Notes under the pieces: model-generated
Told to the model about the DNA's origin: nothing
Database searches by the model: none
What the model saw: the letters and a program-made list of their open reading frames with translations, nothing else
In this document: one piece after another, positions 18,310 through 27,193 of the stretch
How positions within the stretch are numbered: the first letter of the stretch is position 1
Layout of the letters: each line of letters begins with the position of its first letter
NCBI GenBank assembly: GCA_002841595.1
Contig: PHAD01000002.1
Span: 1 to 46,160, forward strand
Direction of reading: 5' to 3'
Source of the DNA: Firmicutes bacterium HGW-Firmicutes-12
Lineage (GTDB): Bacteria > Bacillota > Peptococcia > DRI-13 > PHAD01
DNA: 46,160 bases
Translations under genes and position numbers: made by a program

Positions 18310-19188
18310 TTAACGAATAATTAACTCCCCATCATTTGAGGTAATAACTCCGTAAAGATCAGGTCGTCTATCTCTAAAAATTCCCCATTCGATACGTTGT
18401 TTTTCCAATTGATCTAAATCAAATTCGGCTATTAGCATTGTTTCATCCTCACGATTTGCTTCAACAAGCTTGTTGCCTTGCGGTCCCGCAATAAAGGAAG
18501 AACCATAAAACGTAATTTTTGAATCCTCATCTTCTTCGCTACCAACGCGATTTGACGCAATAACCGGAACCAGGTTAGCGGCAGCATGTCCTAACATACA
18601 AGTCTGCCAATGATCTTTGGAATCTATAGATTCGTCGTGGGGCTCTGAACCAATTGCTGTTGGATAAAACAGTAATTCGGCTCCCCTTAAGGTCATACAC
18701 CTGGCCGCTTCTGGGAACCACTGATCCCAGCATATTCCTATACCTATTTTGCCATAGCGGGTATTCCAGACTTGAAAGCCCGTATCCCCAGGATTAAAAT
18801 AGAACTTTTCTTCATAACCAGGGCCATCGGGAATATGACTTTTGCGATATACCCCCAATACCAGTCCATTTGCGTCTATTACAGCTACGGAGTTATATAG
18901 GGCGTTATTTTTCTTTTCATAAAAACTGATAGGTAAGACTACCTGAAGCTCCTTAGCAATTTCTTTAAAATGATTAACTGACTTGTTCTCAGTTAATCCG
19001 ACCGCATACTTATAATACTTGGTGTTTTCCTTCTGACAAAAATAGGGCGTTTCAAAAAGCTCTTGCAGTAGAATTATTTGTGCGCCTTCCTTAACGGCTT
19101 CTCTCACAAAACCTTCCGCTTTAGCGATATTATCATCCATATTACCTGAACAACTCATCTGTGTAGCCGCTACTTTAACTTTCCTCAT
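18310..19188 (-). CDS. aguB: N-carbamoylputrescine amidase
   Basis: Nitrilase triad LQELFE, YRKSHIPDGPGYEEKFYF, ICWDQWFPE; adjacent to aguA. Confidence 0.93.
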   Translation of the reverse strand: MRKVKVAATQMSCSGNMDDNIAKAEGFVREAVKEGAQIILLQELFETPYFCQKENTKYYKYAVGLTENKSVNHFKEIAKELQVVLPISFYEKKNNALYNSVAVIDANGLVLGVYRKSHIPDGPGYEEKFYFNPGDTGFQVWNTRYGKIGIGICWDQWFPEAARCMTLRGAELLFYPTAIGSEPHDESIDSKDHWQTCMLGHAAANLVPVIASNRVGSEEDEDSKITFYGSSFIAGPQGNKLVEANREDETMLIAEFDLDQLEKQRIEWGIFRDRRPDLYGVITSNDGELIIR

Positions 19189-19215
19189 TAAAACACCTCA
19201 TTTTTTATAAGCTAT

Positions 19216-20247
19216 CTATTCTTTTCCCCTCGGCATTTGCTGGGTAGTACAGTGCACATTCCCACCTTCTTTAATAAGGGCCATACCGTTTATTTTACGT
19301 ATTCTTCTCCCGGGAAATACTTCTTTTAATACATCTTCGGCTTTTTTGTCTGTATCTTCAGCATTCCCGCCAAAAATCGGCAGGATAATCCCACCATTAA
19401 CAAAATAGAAATTCAAGTAACTTAAAGTTAGCCTGCTTCCTTTATGTTCAAGCATTGGAGGCTGCTGAATGGGAATAATCTCTATACTCCTACCCATGGC
19501 ATCCGTACTATTCGTTAAGATCTTAAGGTTTTCTTGGGTAATCCCGTAATTATCATCCTCCGGGTCATCACAAATCTGGAGAAGTATTTTCCCAGGTGCA
19601 GCAAAACAAGCTATATTATCAATATGACCATCGGTCTCGTCACCGTATAGACCCTTCTTCAGCCAGATAACCTTTTCAATATTTAAATATTGCTTTAAAT
19701 AACTCTCAATTTTATTTTTAATCAAATATGGATTCCTATTAGGATTTAATAAACACTCCTCAGTAGTAAGCAAAGTTCCTTCGCCGTCTACATGAATAGA
19801 GCCACCTTCCATAACCAAGGATGCATTAAAGCGTTCAATATTCAAATAGTCAAGAATTAAAGGTGCGACCTGATCATCTAAATCACAGGGGGTATACTTC
19901 TCTCCCCACGCATTGAATTTCCAATTAACTCCTGCTCTCTTACCGTCATCATTCATCAGAAATGTTGGCCCATTATCCCGAAGCCACGCATCATTATGTT
20001 GGATAGGAATTACTTCTATATTAGGCTCCTCAAATAGCTCCTTGATCTGGTCTTGCTCATCAGGGTTAACTACAACAATAACAGGTTCAAATTCCGCGAT
20101 AGCTTTGACGATCTCTAAATATCCCTGCTGAACCCTTTCATAGTCTTGTGGAAAACACATGGATTCTTGAACCGGCCAAGAGATAAAGGTACATTGATGG
20201 TTTGTCCACTCCGCAGGCATTTTGTAGTTGTGTAATTTAGACCCCAT
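19216..20247 (-). CDS. aguA: Agmatine deiminase
   Basis: MPAEW, DAWLRDNGP, FNAWG, EGGSIHVDGEGT, TDGHID, GGNVHCTTQQ. Confidence 0.93.
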   Translation of the reverse strand: MGSKLHNYKMPAEWTNHQCTFISWPVQESMCFPQDYERVQQGYLEIVKAIAEFEPVIVVVNPDEQDQIKELFEEPNIEVIPIQHNDAWLRDNGPTFLMNDDGKRAGVNWKFNAWGEKYTPCDLDDQVAPLILDYLNIERFNASLVMEGGSIHVDGEGTLLTTEECLLNPNRNPYLIKNKIESYLKQYLNIEKVIWLKKGLYGDETDGHIDNIACFAAPGKILLQICDDPEDDNYGITQENLKILTNSTDAMGRSIEIIPIQQPPMLEHKGSRLTLSYLNFYFVNGGIILPIFGGNAEDTDKKAEDVLKEVFPGRRIRKINGMALIKEGGNVHCTTQQMPRGKE

Positions 20248-20319
20248 AAATACCTCTTTCCGACATTAATATATTTTTGAATTTTAAAAAGTCTATGTTT
20301 TAGGATAATAGATTTCTTT

Positions 20320-21681
20320 CTAAATGGCTAGAGGTATTTTTATTATAAATCTACTCCCCTTACCCAGTTCTGATTCAACTCTTATTGTTCCCATTATCTT
20401 TTGAAGATTTTCTTTTGCTAAAAATAGACCTAGTCCTTCACCTGAAGTCCTATTATCATTATTACTTCTATAATAAGCATCAAATATTTTTGTTTGTTCT
20501 TCTTTTTTTATACCTTTACCGTTATCTTCAATGATTATGAGCATTTCTTTATTTTGCTTTTCATACTTTACCGTTACCTTGCCTTCTGAAGAGGTATATT
20601 TGTATGCATTTGTTAAAACATTATATATTGCCTGACTCAGCTTGTATTTATCAGAGTATATAGTGACTTTTTCATGGTTTAGGACATCTATATTAATAGC
20701 CTTTTTATTAAACTGTACTCTTAATCCGCCAACTATCTGTCTAAGTAATTGATTAAACTCAAATCCTTCTACTTCAATTCTTCCTTCATTCTTGTCTGCA
20801 TCAATCATATTACTCATATTAGCAATAATTTCAGTAATGTTGTCAATTTGTTCATCACAGATTTTAATTTCTTCTGAATTCATATCAATCATACCATCTT
20901 CTAAACTTTCTAAATGGTTTTTTAATATTGTCAGTGGTGTTCTGGATTGATGGATTAATTCATCAATTAATCTCTTTCTACTCCTATTCTTCAGCCTTAA
21001 TTTTGCTTTAAGTGTCTCTAGGCTTTGTTGTACGACTCTGATTTCCTTGATTTTAGACAACTTAATACTAACGTAATCCCCTATTTCTATATTTTGGGCC
21101 AAAGCAGCTGTTTGAACCATATCTTTGCTCATGTTCCTACTAACTATAATTCCTATAATTACAGCAAAAACAAGTACAATTCCTATGGAAATTAAACTAT
21201 TTAAAAGTAATGCTGCTTTAAACATCCTTATGGCTATTGAGTTTTCTACTGAACTATAACGGGTGATGTTTAACTGTCCAACTAAGATATCTTTATCTAA
21301 TATCTCTGCATGATCAACTTCTTCGGACTGCAACTCCATCATTCTGTTAAACATACCCCTATTCTTCATCATGCCTAGCATATCGGACTCATTAGCTACA
21401 TCAACTATTAATTGCCCTTTTGCATTATAAAGCTTAATTCTCGTGATAGGATCGTCTAGATGAGTCTCTAATTCTATTGCCATTTGCCTTAATGAAAAGT
21501 CTTTTTCTGATAATGCTATTTTTGAGTATTCAACTATTTCCGAAAAATGCTTTTCATAATTCTCGGTCATATAGTCTACAAAGTACCTGTCTGTTAAAGA
21601 GCTTAATACAAATGCATTAATACTAACTGAAAATATTGCAACTAATATCAATACTATTAACCATTGTCGTCTTATTGTCAT
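20320..21681 (-). CDS. Two-component sensor histidine kinase (2 TM, BaeS-like)
   Basis: Two TM segments; H-box LIHQSRTPL; NVLTNAYKY; DNGKGI; GEGLGL; Met-rich extracytoplasmic stretch. Confidence 0.9.
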   Translation of the reverse strand: MTIRRQWLIVLILVAIFSVSINAFVLSSLTDRYFVDYMTENYEKHFSEIVEYSKIALSEKDFSLRQMAIELETHLDDPITRIKLYNAKGQLIVDVANESDMLGMMKNRGMFNRMMELQSEEVDHAEILDKDILVGQLNITRYSSVENSIAIRMFKAALLLNSLISIGIVLVFAVIIGIIVSRNMSKDMVQTAALAQNIEIGDYVSIKLSKIKEIRVVQQSLETLKAKLRLKNRSRKRLIDELIHQSRTPLTILKNHLESLEDGMIDMNSEEIKICDEQIDNITEIIANMSNMIDADKNEGRIEVEGFEFNQLLRQIVGGLRVQFNKKAINIDVLNHEKVTIYSDKYKLSQAIYNVLTNAYKYTSSEGKVTVKYEKQNKEMLIIIEDNGKGIKKEEQTKIFDAYYRSNNDNRTSGEGLGLFLAKENLQKIMGTIRVESELGKGSRFIIKIPLAI

Positions 21682-22367
21682 AAGCCATTCTCTCCAAACA
21701 TATACCCCATCCCATATTTACTTATTAGGATTTTTGGTTTTTTGGGATCCATTTCAATTTTTTGCCTAATTCTCTTAATATAGGTATCAATATTTCTATC
21801 ATAGCCCTCATATTCAAGTCCATAAGCCAGGTTGATTAATTGTTCTCTCGTTAAAACCTTACCTTTATTCATGAACATTACTAGTAATAATTTATATTCT
21901 GCAGAAGTTAGATCGATTTCCTCATTAAGTTTGTATAGTTTCATGCTTTTTGTGTGCAAACTTAAGTAACTATGATTATAGACAATTTCGTCCGAATCAT
22001 TATACACTCTTTTTAAGAGAACTCTTATTCTTCGCATGAGTTCTTTTACGCTAAACGGTTTGACGACATAATCGTCTGCTCCGGTATCAAAGCCTTTCAA
22101 GCGATCAACTTCCTCCTGTTTTGCAGTTAACATAATCACAGGAACTTCTGAGATTTTTCTTATTTCACCAAGGACATCAAAACCGGTAATCCCTGGAAGC
22201 ATAATATCAAGAAGAACGAGGTGAATATCACTATTGTGATTAAAAAACTCTAAGGCCTCAAATCCATCTTTCGCTACATGATAACTATAACCTTCTTTGG
22301 CAAGATATTTTGCAACTATATCACTTATTTCCTTTTGATCTTCCACCACTAACACTCTATGTCTCAT
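21678..22367 (-). CDS. OmpR/PhoB-family response regulator
   Basis: VVED, LLDIMLP, MLTAK, DYVVKPF; winged-helix RNIDTYIKRIRQKIE; 4-bp overlap with the kinase. Confidence 0.95.
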   Translation of the reverse strand: MRHRVLVVEDQKEISDIVAKYLAKEGYSYHVAKDGFEALEFFNHNSDIHLVLLDIMLPGITGFDVLGEIRKISEVPVIMLTAKQEEVDRLKGFDTGADDYVVKPFSVKELMRRIRVLLKRVYNDSDEIVYNHSYLSLHTKSMKLYKLNEEIDLTSAEYKLLLVMFMNKGKVLTREQLINLAYGLEYEGYDRNIDTYIKRIRQKIEMDPKKPKILISKYGMGYMFGENGL

Positions 22368-22444
22368 CCCGTCACCTCACCTTAATTTTATCACCTCGGT
22401 TATATCAATGTCTATTTACCATTTTCGACCCCGTATGACATAGA

Positions 22445-22474
22445 AACCGCCTGAAACTTTCGTTTCAAGCGGTT
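22445..22474 (-). terminator. Stem-loop / probable terminator after the SHOCT genes
   Basis: AACCGCCTGAAAC-TTTC-GTTTCAAGCGGTT, 13-bp stem with one imperfect pair. Confidence 0.6.
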
Positions 22475-22507
22475 CTTTGGTCTGTGTTTTCACACAGCCT
22501 AATACAT

Positions 22508-22759
22508 TTACTTTTTATTCAATACCGCTTTTTTCTTCAGAAATTCTTCTTCGGTTATTTCTCCTTGTACTAGTCTGATTTTTAGTGAATCTAATGCTGG
22601 ATTATTAGCTTGTGTTGTATTGTTTCTTCTAACTATATAAACTATTAAAACAATTGCTGCTATAATAACCCCTATTGTGATTAAGCTACTCAATCCACCA
22701 CCCAAAAACCCTTGCCCAAAACAACCATAATTACCAATCATGCCTTTTCCATACATCAT
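22508..22759 (-). CDS. Single-TM SHOCT-domain protein
   Basis: MMYGKGM...TM helix...ALDSLKIRLVQGEITEEEFLKKKAVL (SHOCT-like); start 22759 after AAGGAGGT. Confidence 0.8.
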   Translation of the reverse strand: MMYGKGMIGNYGCFGQGFLGGGLSSLITIGVIIAAIVLIVYIVRRNNTTQANNPALDSLKIRLVQGEITEEEFLKKKAVLNKK

Positions 22760-22772
22760 CTTAACTACCTCC

Positions 22773-22955
22773 TTAGTCTTCAATCATTTTTTTGATCTTT
22801 TCATATTCCTGATCGTCTAGCTCACCATTTACATACCTCAACTTTAAAACCTCTACTGCTTCATTTTCTTTTGGTTGTTTGGTTTGAATTCTATCTTTTT
22901 TAATAACAAAATAGTAGATAACAATACCTATCAAGACCCATAAAATGAACATCAT
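22773..22955 (-). CDS. Single-TM SHOCT-domain protein
   Basis: N-terminal TM helix then AVEVLKLRYVNGELDDQEYEKIKKMI; AAGGAGGT RBS. Confidence 0.82.
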   Translation of the reverse strand: MMFILWVLIGIVIYYFVIKKDRIQTKQPKENEAVEVLKLRYVNGELDDQEYEKIKKMIED

Positions 22956-23018
22956 ATTAACCGACCTCCTTCATATATCAAATTAAGTAAAAAGCAATGT
23001 TTTGATTACCTAACTACA

Positions 23019-23052
23019 ATTATGAGATATAAATGTGGCACAAATATGACAT
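23019..23052 (-). promoter_or_regulatory. Putative OmpR-family tandem binding site and -10 for the SHOCT operon
   Basis: 11-bp direct repeat AAATGTGGCAC/AAATATGACAT (23031-23052) in the -35 position relative to minus-strand CATAAT (23024-23019). Confidence 0.5.
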
Positions 23053-23059
23053 TTATTAA

Positions 23060-23947
23060 CTATGTAAGCCTCTCCAGAATAAAATCAAGGTTTTGCTTTT
23101 GCCCCTCCTCTAGTAACGGCAAAAAAAGATCTCCTTTCTTCTTCAACCTTGCGGATATGTTTAATAACGTATAATCCTCAGGCTTTGCACCTTTCTCTAA
23201 TTCCTGCCATTCAACCGGTACTGCTACCGTAGCTTGGGCAGTAGCTCGAGGGGAGTAGGGAGAGATTATGGTTTTCCCACTCCACATCTGCAAATAATCA
23301 AAATAAACGCGCTGTCCTCGTTTCTTAACCACTCGCTCAATAGTTATCTTATTAGGATATTTGTTAACAAAAAAAATAGCAAAGATATGATTTATTTTTC
23401 TTGCAGTATCATAATCATATTTCTCGTTTACCGGGATATATATCTGCAGACCGGTAGCACCGGACATTTTAACATAGGAATTAACATTTAATTTTTTCAG
23501 TTCTTCATTTATATTGAGCGCTACTTCTGCAGTGTCAGAAAATCTTAGTCCTTCAGCCGGGTCTAGATCAAAAATAATGTCCTTCGGCCTTAATTCATTT
23601 GTATAATAATTAAAAGCCGTATGCAGTTCCAAAGCAGCCTGATTAGCTAGCCATACAAGTGTGGCTGAATCGTTTAGTAATATATAGTTGTTATCATGCC
23701 AAGGATGCGTCTTTATCCATTCCGGAGCATGTTTGGGGGTATTTTTCTGATAGAATGATTTCCCTATATAACCATGGGGATAACGAATGGTCGTAAGTAA
23801 ACGATTGTATGCATGAGGGATAATATATGGGGCAAGCTCTATAATCCTAGTAATATAGTCAATCTTACGTATTCCTAACTCGGGCCATAGTAACTTCTCC
23901 GGATTAGTTATACTTACTTCGTAACCATCTATATAAAGAACCGACAT
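23060..23947 (-). CDS. ligD: NHEJ primase-polymerase (LigD Pol domain, stand-alone)
   Basis: ITNPEKLLWP, RYPHG, FYQKN, FDLDP, KMSGATGLQIY, YFDYLQ, PYSPRA. Confidence 0.9.
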   Translation of the reverse strand: MSVLYIDGYEVSITNPEKLLWPELGIRKIDYITRIIELAPYIIPHAYNRLLTTIRYPHGYIGKSFYQKNTPKHAPEWIKTHPWHDNNYILLNDSATLVWLANQAALELHTAFNYYTNELRPKDIIFDLDPAEGLRFSDTAEVALNINEELKKLNVNSYVKMSGATGLQIYIPVNEKYDYDTARKINHIFAIFFVNKYPNKITIERVVKKRGQRVYFDYLQMWSGKTIISPYSPRATAQATVAVPVEWQELEKGAKPEDYTLLNISARLKKKGDLFLPLLEEGQKQNLDFILERLT

Positions 23948-24897
23948 CAGACTATGTACTCCTTCCCCACAGCTTCTCTGGGATTTTGCTCACTAAAACC
24001 AATTATCTTAGGATGTCTTAACACCCCACCTTCTGTCCATTCAAGAAATTGCACCCAACAGGTTAGTGCCGGTCTGAGCCATACGGTTTTTGGCTCATTT
24101 GAAACATCTATAAAGGGACTCGTTTCTTGCGTCGTACTGGTCTTATACTTGGTGATATAGTTATATAAATCCAAAATGTTTCCTTGCGATAATCCCAGCG
24201 ACGCTCTTCCCACATATACAAGGTTTTCATCATTGTAGATACCTAAAAGCAGGGAATTAGGATATTTGTTTTTTAATATAATACCTCCAATAATCGCGAG
24301 CATTTTTTTATTTATTTTTATTTTTAGCCAATCATTGTGCTTTTTACCCCCTTGGTATAGGCTGGATAATCGCTTAGAGACAATTCCTTCCATACTTCGC
24401 TCTTTCATCATCTCATATAGTTTCTGTCCGTCCAGGTAATCATCTGTTAGAAAGATATGCTCATCAGGTTTAAGAATATCTCGTAATAACGAGCTTCTTT
24501 CGGAGAGTGGAAGACCACGAAGATCTTGGTCATTACAGTAGAGTAGGTCAAAGATAATATAGTTAACGGGGTAGTTGCGACTATAGTAACCTAGCTTAGT
24601 TTGTGTACGAATTCTCTCGCGAGTGAGCACTCGGTTAAAAGAAGGAACCCCACTATCACCCAAAACAACCAATTCACCATCTAAAATCGCCTGTTTTGCG
24701 TTTAAAAGCCTTAAACATTGTTGTACCTCAGGATAGAAATCGGTTCGTTCTCTTCCCTTCTTGGTAAAAACTCTAAGCCTGTTCTGTTCAATATAGCTTA
24801 AACCACGAATTCCATCCCATTTAACCTGATGTATCCACTCCCTTTCATTCATTACTATTAGATTTTGGATTGGTTCCATCGGTTGTAATAAATTCAT
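23947..24897 (-). CDS. ATP-dependent DNA ligase (LigD ligase domain, stand-alone)
   Basis: KWDGIR (adenylated Lys), LDGELV, FDLL, EGIVSKR, WLKIK, LRHP; TGATG overlap with the Pol gene. Confidence 0.9.
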   Translation of the reverse strand: MNLLQPMEPIQNLIVMNEREWIHQVKWDGIRGLSYIEQNRLRVFTKKGRERTDFYPEVQQCLRLLNAKQAILDGELVVLGDSGVPSFNRVLTRERIRTQTKLGYYSRNYPVNYIIFDLLYCNDQDLRGLPLSERSSLLRDILKPDEHIFLTDDYLDGQKLYEMMKERSMEGIVSKRLSSLYQGGKKHNDWLKIKINKKMLAIIGGIILKNKYPNSLLLGIYNDENLVYVGRASLGLSQGNILDLYNYITKYKTSTTQETSPFIDVSNEPKTVWLRPALTCWVQFLEWTEGGVLRHPKIIGFSEQNPREAVGKEYIV

Positions 24898-24962
24898 TTT
24901 GTCTCACCTGCTACTACACTCGTTTTTTGCTACTTTAATTTTCTTGTCATTAAAATATAAAT

Positions 24963-25808
24963 TTAAACAGTAGCCGTTTTCTTTTCCTTATCAGACTTGG
25001 CTGTTTTCTTGCCCGATTTCTTCGTAGCTACCCCTTTTTTCTGAGATTCTTTAAGGCTAGCTTGTAGTGCTTCCATGAGATCAATCACATTTCTCTGAGG
25101 CACAACTTTTGAAACCTCAATTTCCTTACCGGCAATTTTTTTATTAATTAGTTCATTCAATGCTTCACGATAATTATCTTTGTATTTTTCCGGCTCAAAC
25201 GAAGCTGTTAGTGATTCGATGAGTTTGGTGGCTATGTCCAATTCCTTCTCATTGATTTCAACTTTTTCCGGTAATCCGGGAACTTGACTGACAGGCCTTA
25301 CTTCATCCGGATAAAAAATAGTTTCCATAACTAATATTTCATTGCTTACCCTGAGACAGGCTAGAGATTGTTTGTTTCGTATGGTTATTCTGGCAATCGC
25401 AATTTTACCAGTATCAAGCATAGCTTTTTCTAACAGACTATACGCTTTACCACCGTTCTCCTGCGGAGAAAGATAATAGGTTTTTTCAAAATAGATAGGA
25501 TCGATTTCGGATAGATTTACAAAATCCAGGATTTCAATGTTTCTACCATTTACCTCAGATTTAAGACTATTTAATTCATTTTCATCGACTATAATAAAAT
25601 GACTTGGTTCGTATTCATACCCTCTGACAATCTCTTCATCCTTAATCTCTTTATCACAGACAGGACATACTTTCTGATATTTAATAGGGCTCATGCACTC
25701 TTTATGAAGATAACGAAAACGTACATCTTTTTCTTCGGTAGCCGCGAACATCTTAATAGGGATATTAACAAGCCCAAAGCTGATAGAACCTTTCCACATC
25801 GTATGCAT
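24963..25808 (-). CDS. ku: Ku protein (NHEJ)
   Basis: MHTMWKGSISFGLVNIPIK, IDPIYFEKTYYL, VIDLMEALQASL, basic C-terminal tail; start 25808 preferred over 25817. Confidence 0.95.
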   Translation of the reverse strand: MHTMWKGSISFGLVNIPIKMFAATEEKDVRFRYLHKECMSPIKYQKVCPVCDKEIKDEEIVRGYEYEPSHFIIVDENELNSLKSEVNGRNIEILDFVNLSEIDPIYFEKTYYLSPQENGGKAYSLLEKAMLDTGKIAIARITIRNKQSLACLRVSNEILVMETIFYPDEVRPVSQVPGLPEKVEINEKELDIATKLIESLTASFEPEKYKDNYREALNELINKKIAGKEIEVSKVVPQRNVIDLMEALQASLKESQKKGVATKKSGKKTAKSDKEKKTATV

Positions 25809-25928
25809 GATTTTCATCCTTTCAGTGGTTTTAACATTATTCTTTGTTGTCTACGTTGAGATAATGCATCATTATCTTCATTGTCTTGATATAATAGTAC
25901 TTATAATGCTACTAGGAGGTAAATTCAT

Positions 25929-26630
25929 ATGAAAAACTCAGAAGTAAGAATCCAATATATCTATCACAGCGGTTTTATTGTTGAAACAGCCCAAAACATC
26001 TTAGTATTTGACTATTATCGAGGTACCGTTAAACTTAATAATGCAGGCAACAAAAAGGTATTTGTCTTCTCCTCACACGAGCATGCTGACCATTTTACTC
26101 CGCAAATATTTGAATGGCAAAAAGAAAGGCCAGATATCCACTACATCTTGAGTAGCGATATCTGCATCCGGCAAAGAAATGACAATATAAAATTGCTGTC
26201 TCCGTATGAAGAGACAGCAATTGATAATGTAAATATTAGGACTTTTGGTTCAACTGATCTTGGTGTTTCTTTTCTAGTTAACTGTGACGGGATCGATGTA
26301 TTCCATGCCGGAGATTTGAATTGGTGGTACTGGTGGGGCGAGTCTCCGGAAGAAATCGCCAACGCTGAAAAATTGTTCAAAGAAGAAATAGCAAAAATCA
26401 AAGGATTAAATATTGATCTTGCCTTTTTCCCTATAGATCCAAGACTAGAACACAATGACCGTGTAGGAGCAGATTACTTCATTAAAGAAATAACTCCAAA
26501 AGTTTTAATACCCATGCATTTCGCGGATAATCCTGCAACGGCCGAAAAATATGCTGATAGTATGAAGCATTCTCCAACTAGAATAGTTGCCTTGACAAAG
26601 CGGGGACAGGAAATACTACTGTTTGGCTAA
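25929..26630 (+). CDS. Metallo-beta-lactamase-fold hydrolase
   Basis: YIYHSGF, SSHEHADHF, FHAGDLNWW, IPMHF; AGGAGG RBS. Confidence 0.88.
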   Translation: MKNSEVRIQYIYHSGFIVETAQNILVFDYYRGTVKLNNAGNKKVFVFSSHEHADHFTPQIFEWQKERPDIHYILSSDICIRQRNDNIKLLSPYEETAIDNVNIRTFGSTDLGVSFLVNCDGIDVFHAGDLNWWYWWGESPEEIANAEKLFKEEIAKIKGLNIDLAFFPIDPRLEHNDRVGADYFIKEITPKVLIPMHFADNPATAEKYADSMKHSPTRIVALTKRGQEILLFG

Positions 26631-27062
26631 ACGTCTTTGGAAATAAATAAAAACAGGTAACGGTATTACTATCCAGCCAAGGCTTTTAATTATACTGTTT
26701 TGGGCCCTTTGTATTTGTCTATCTTTTTCAGCTGTGACCATAGCATTATAGTTCTCAAGCAATTCTTCGTCAGACAGCTTCTCTTCCTGCTGGCCTTCGA
26801 TGTTAGGTTTTTCCATGCCACCATATCGTTTATAATCTTCAAAGGACTGATAATACGCAGTAGGGCTAATCATATCTGCGGCAGCCATAAACACTGCAAC
26901 ACTACCACCAATCGTCATCATTAAGGTTGCGAAAAGCACCAAATATACATAAACATTTTTTATCAAGTCTTCTCCTCCTTTTTCAGGTGTTGCTTTGATA
27001 CCAGCAATAATTAATAAGATTACGGCTAAAACGGCAACGGGTATCAATATTGATATCATCAT
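26616..27062 (-). CDS. Hypothetical membrane protein (about 3 TM)
   Basis: Hydrophobic segments YVYLVLFATLMMTIGGSV and SLGWIVIPLPVFIYFQ; alternative start at the internal TTG after AAAGGAGGAG. Confidence 0.7.
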   Translation of the reverse strand: MMISILIPVAVLAVILLIIAGIKATPEKGGEDLIKNVYVYLVLFATLMMTIGGSVAVFMAAADMISPTAYYQSFEDYKRYGGMEKPNIEGQQEEKLSDEELLENYNAMVTAEKDRQIQRAQNSIIKSLGWIVIPLPVFIYFQRRLAKQ

Positions 27063-27117
27063 TAATTTCCCTCACAATCATCTTTAAATCATCTTACGCT
27101 ACCTCCTATTATAACAA

Positions 27118-27142
27118 GACGATAGACTGACCGAAAGGTTCC
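27118..27142 (-). promoter_or_regulatory. Putative ECF sigma-factor promoter
   Basis: Minus-strand GGAAC-16 bp-CGTC, resembling the Bacillus SigM/W/X/V-type (G/T)GAAAC-N16-CGT consensus. Confidence 0.5.
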
Positions 27143-27193
27143 CATTATTACTAAAAAATATATTCCTAAAATTACAGCATGTTTGGACATCTG

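Noticed and set aside
18310-20247. aguA/aguB as suppliers of an amine nucleophile (putrescine or agmatine) for the NRPS
   Set aside because: They are separated from the NRPS by unrelated genes (xth, DUF896, ferredoxin) and form an ordinary polyamine pathway; nothing in the sequence links them
25859-25877. Calling the palindrome a Fur box
   Set aside because: The half-site spacing fits neither the 19-bp nor the 7-1-7 Fur consensus; kept only as an unassigned palindrome
25929-26630. MBL-fold gene as a beta-lactamase or anti-phage nuclease
   Set aside because: No signal peptide and no defence-gene context; motifs fit a generic cytoplasmic metal-dependent hydrolase
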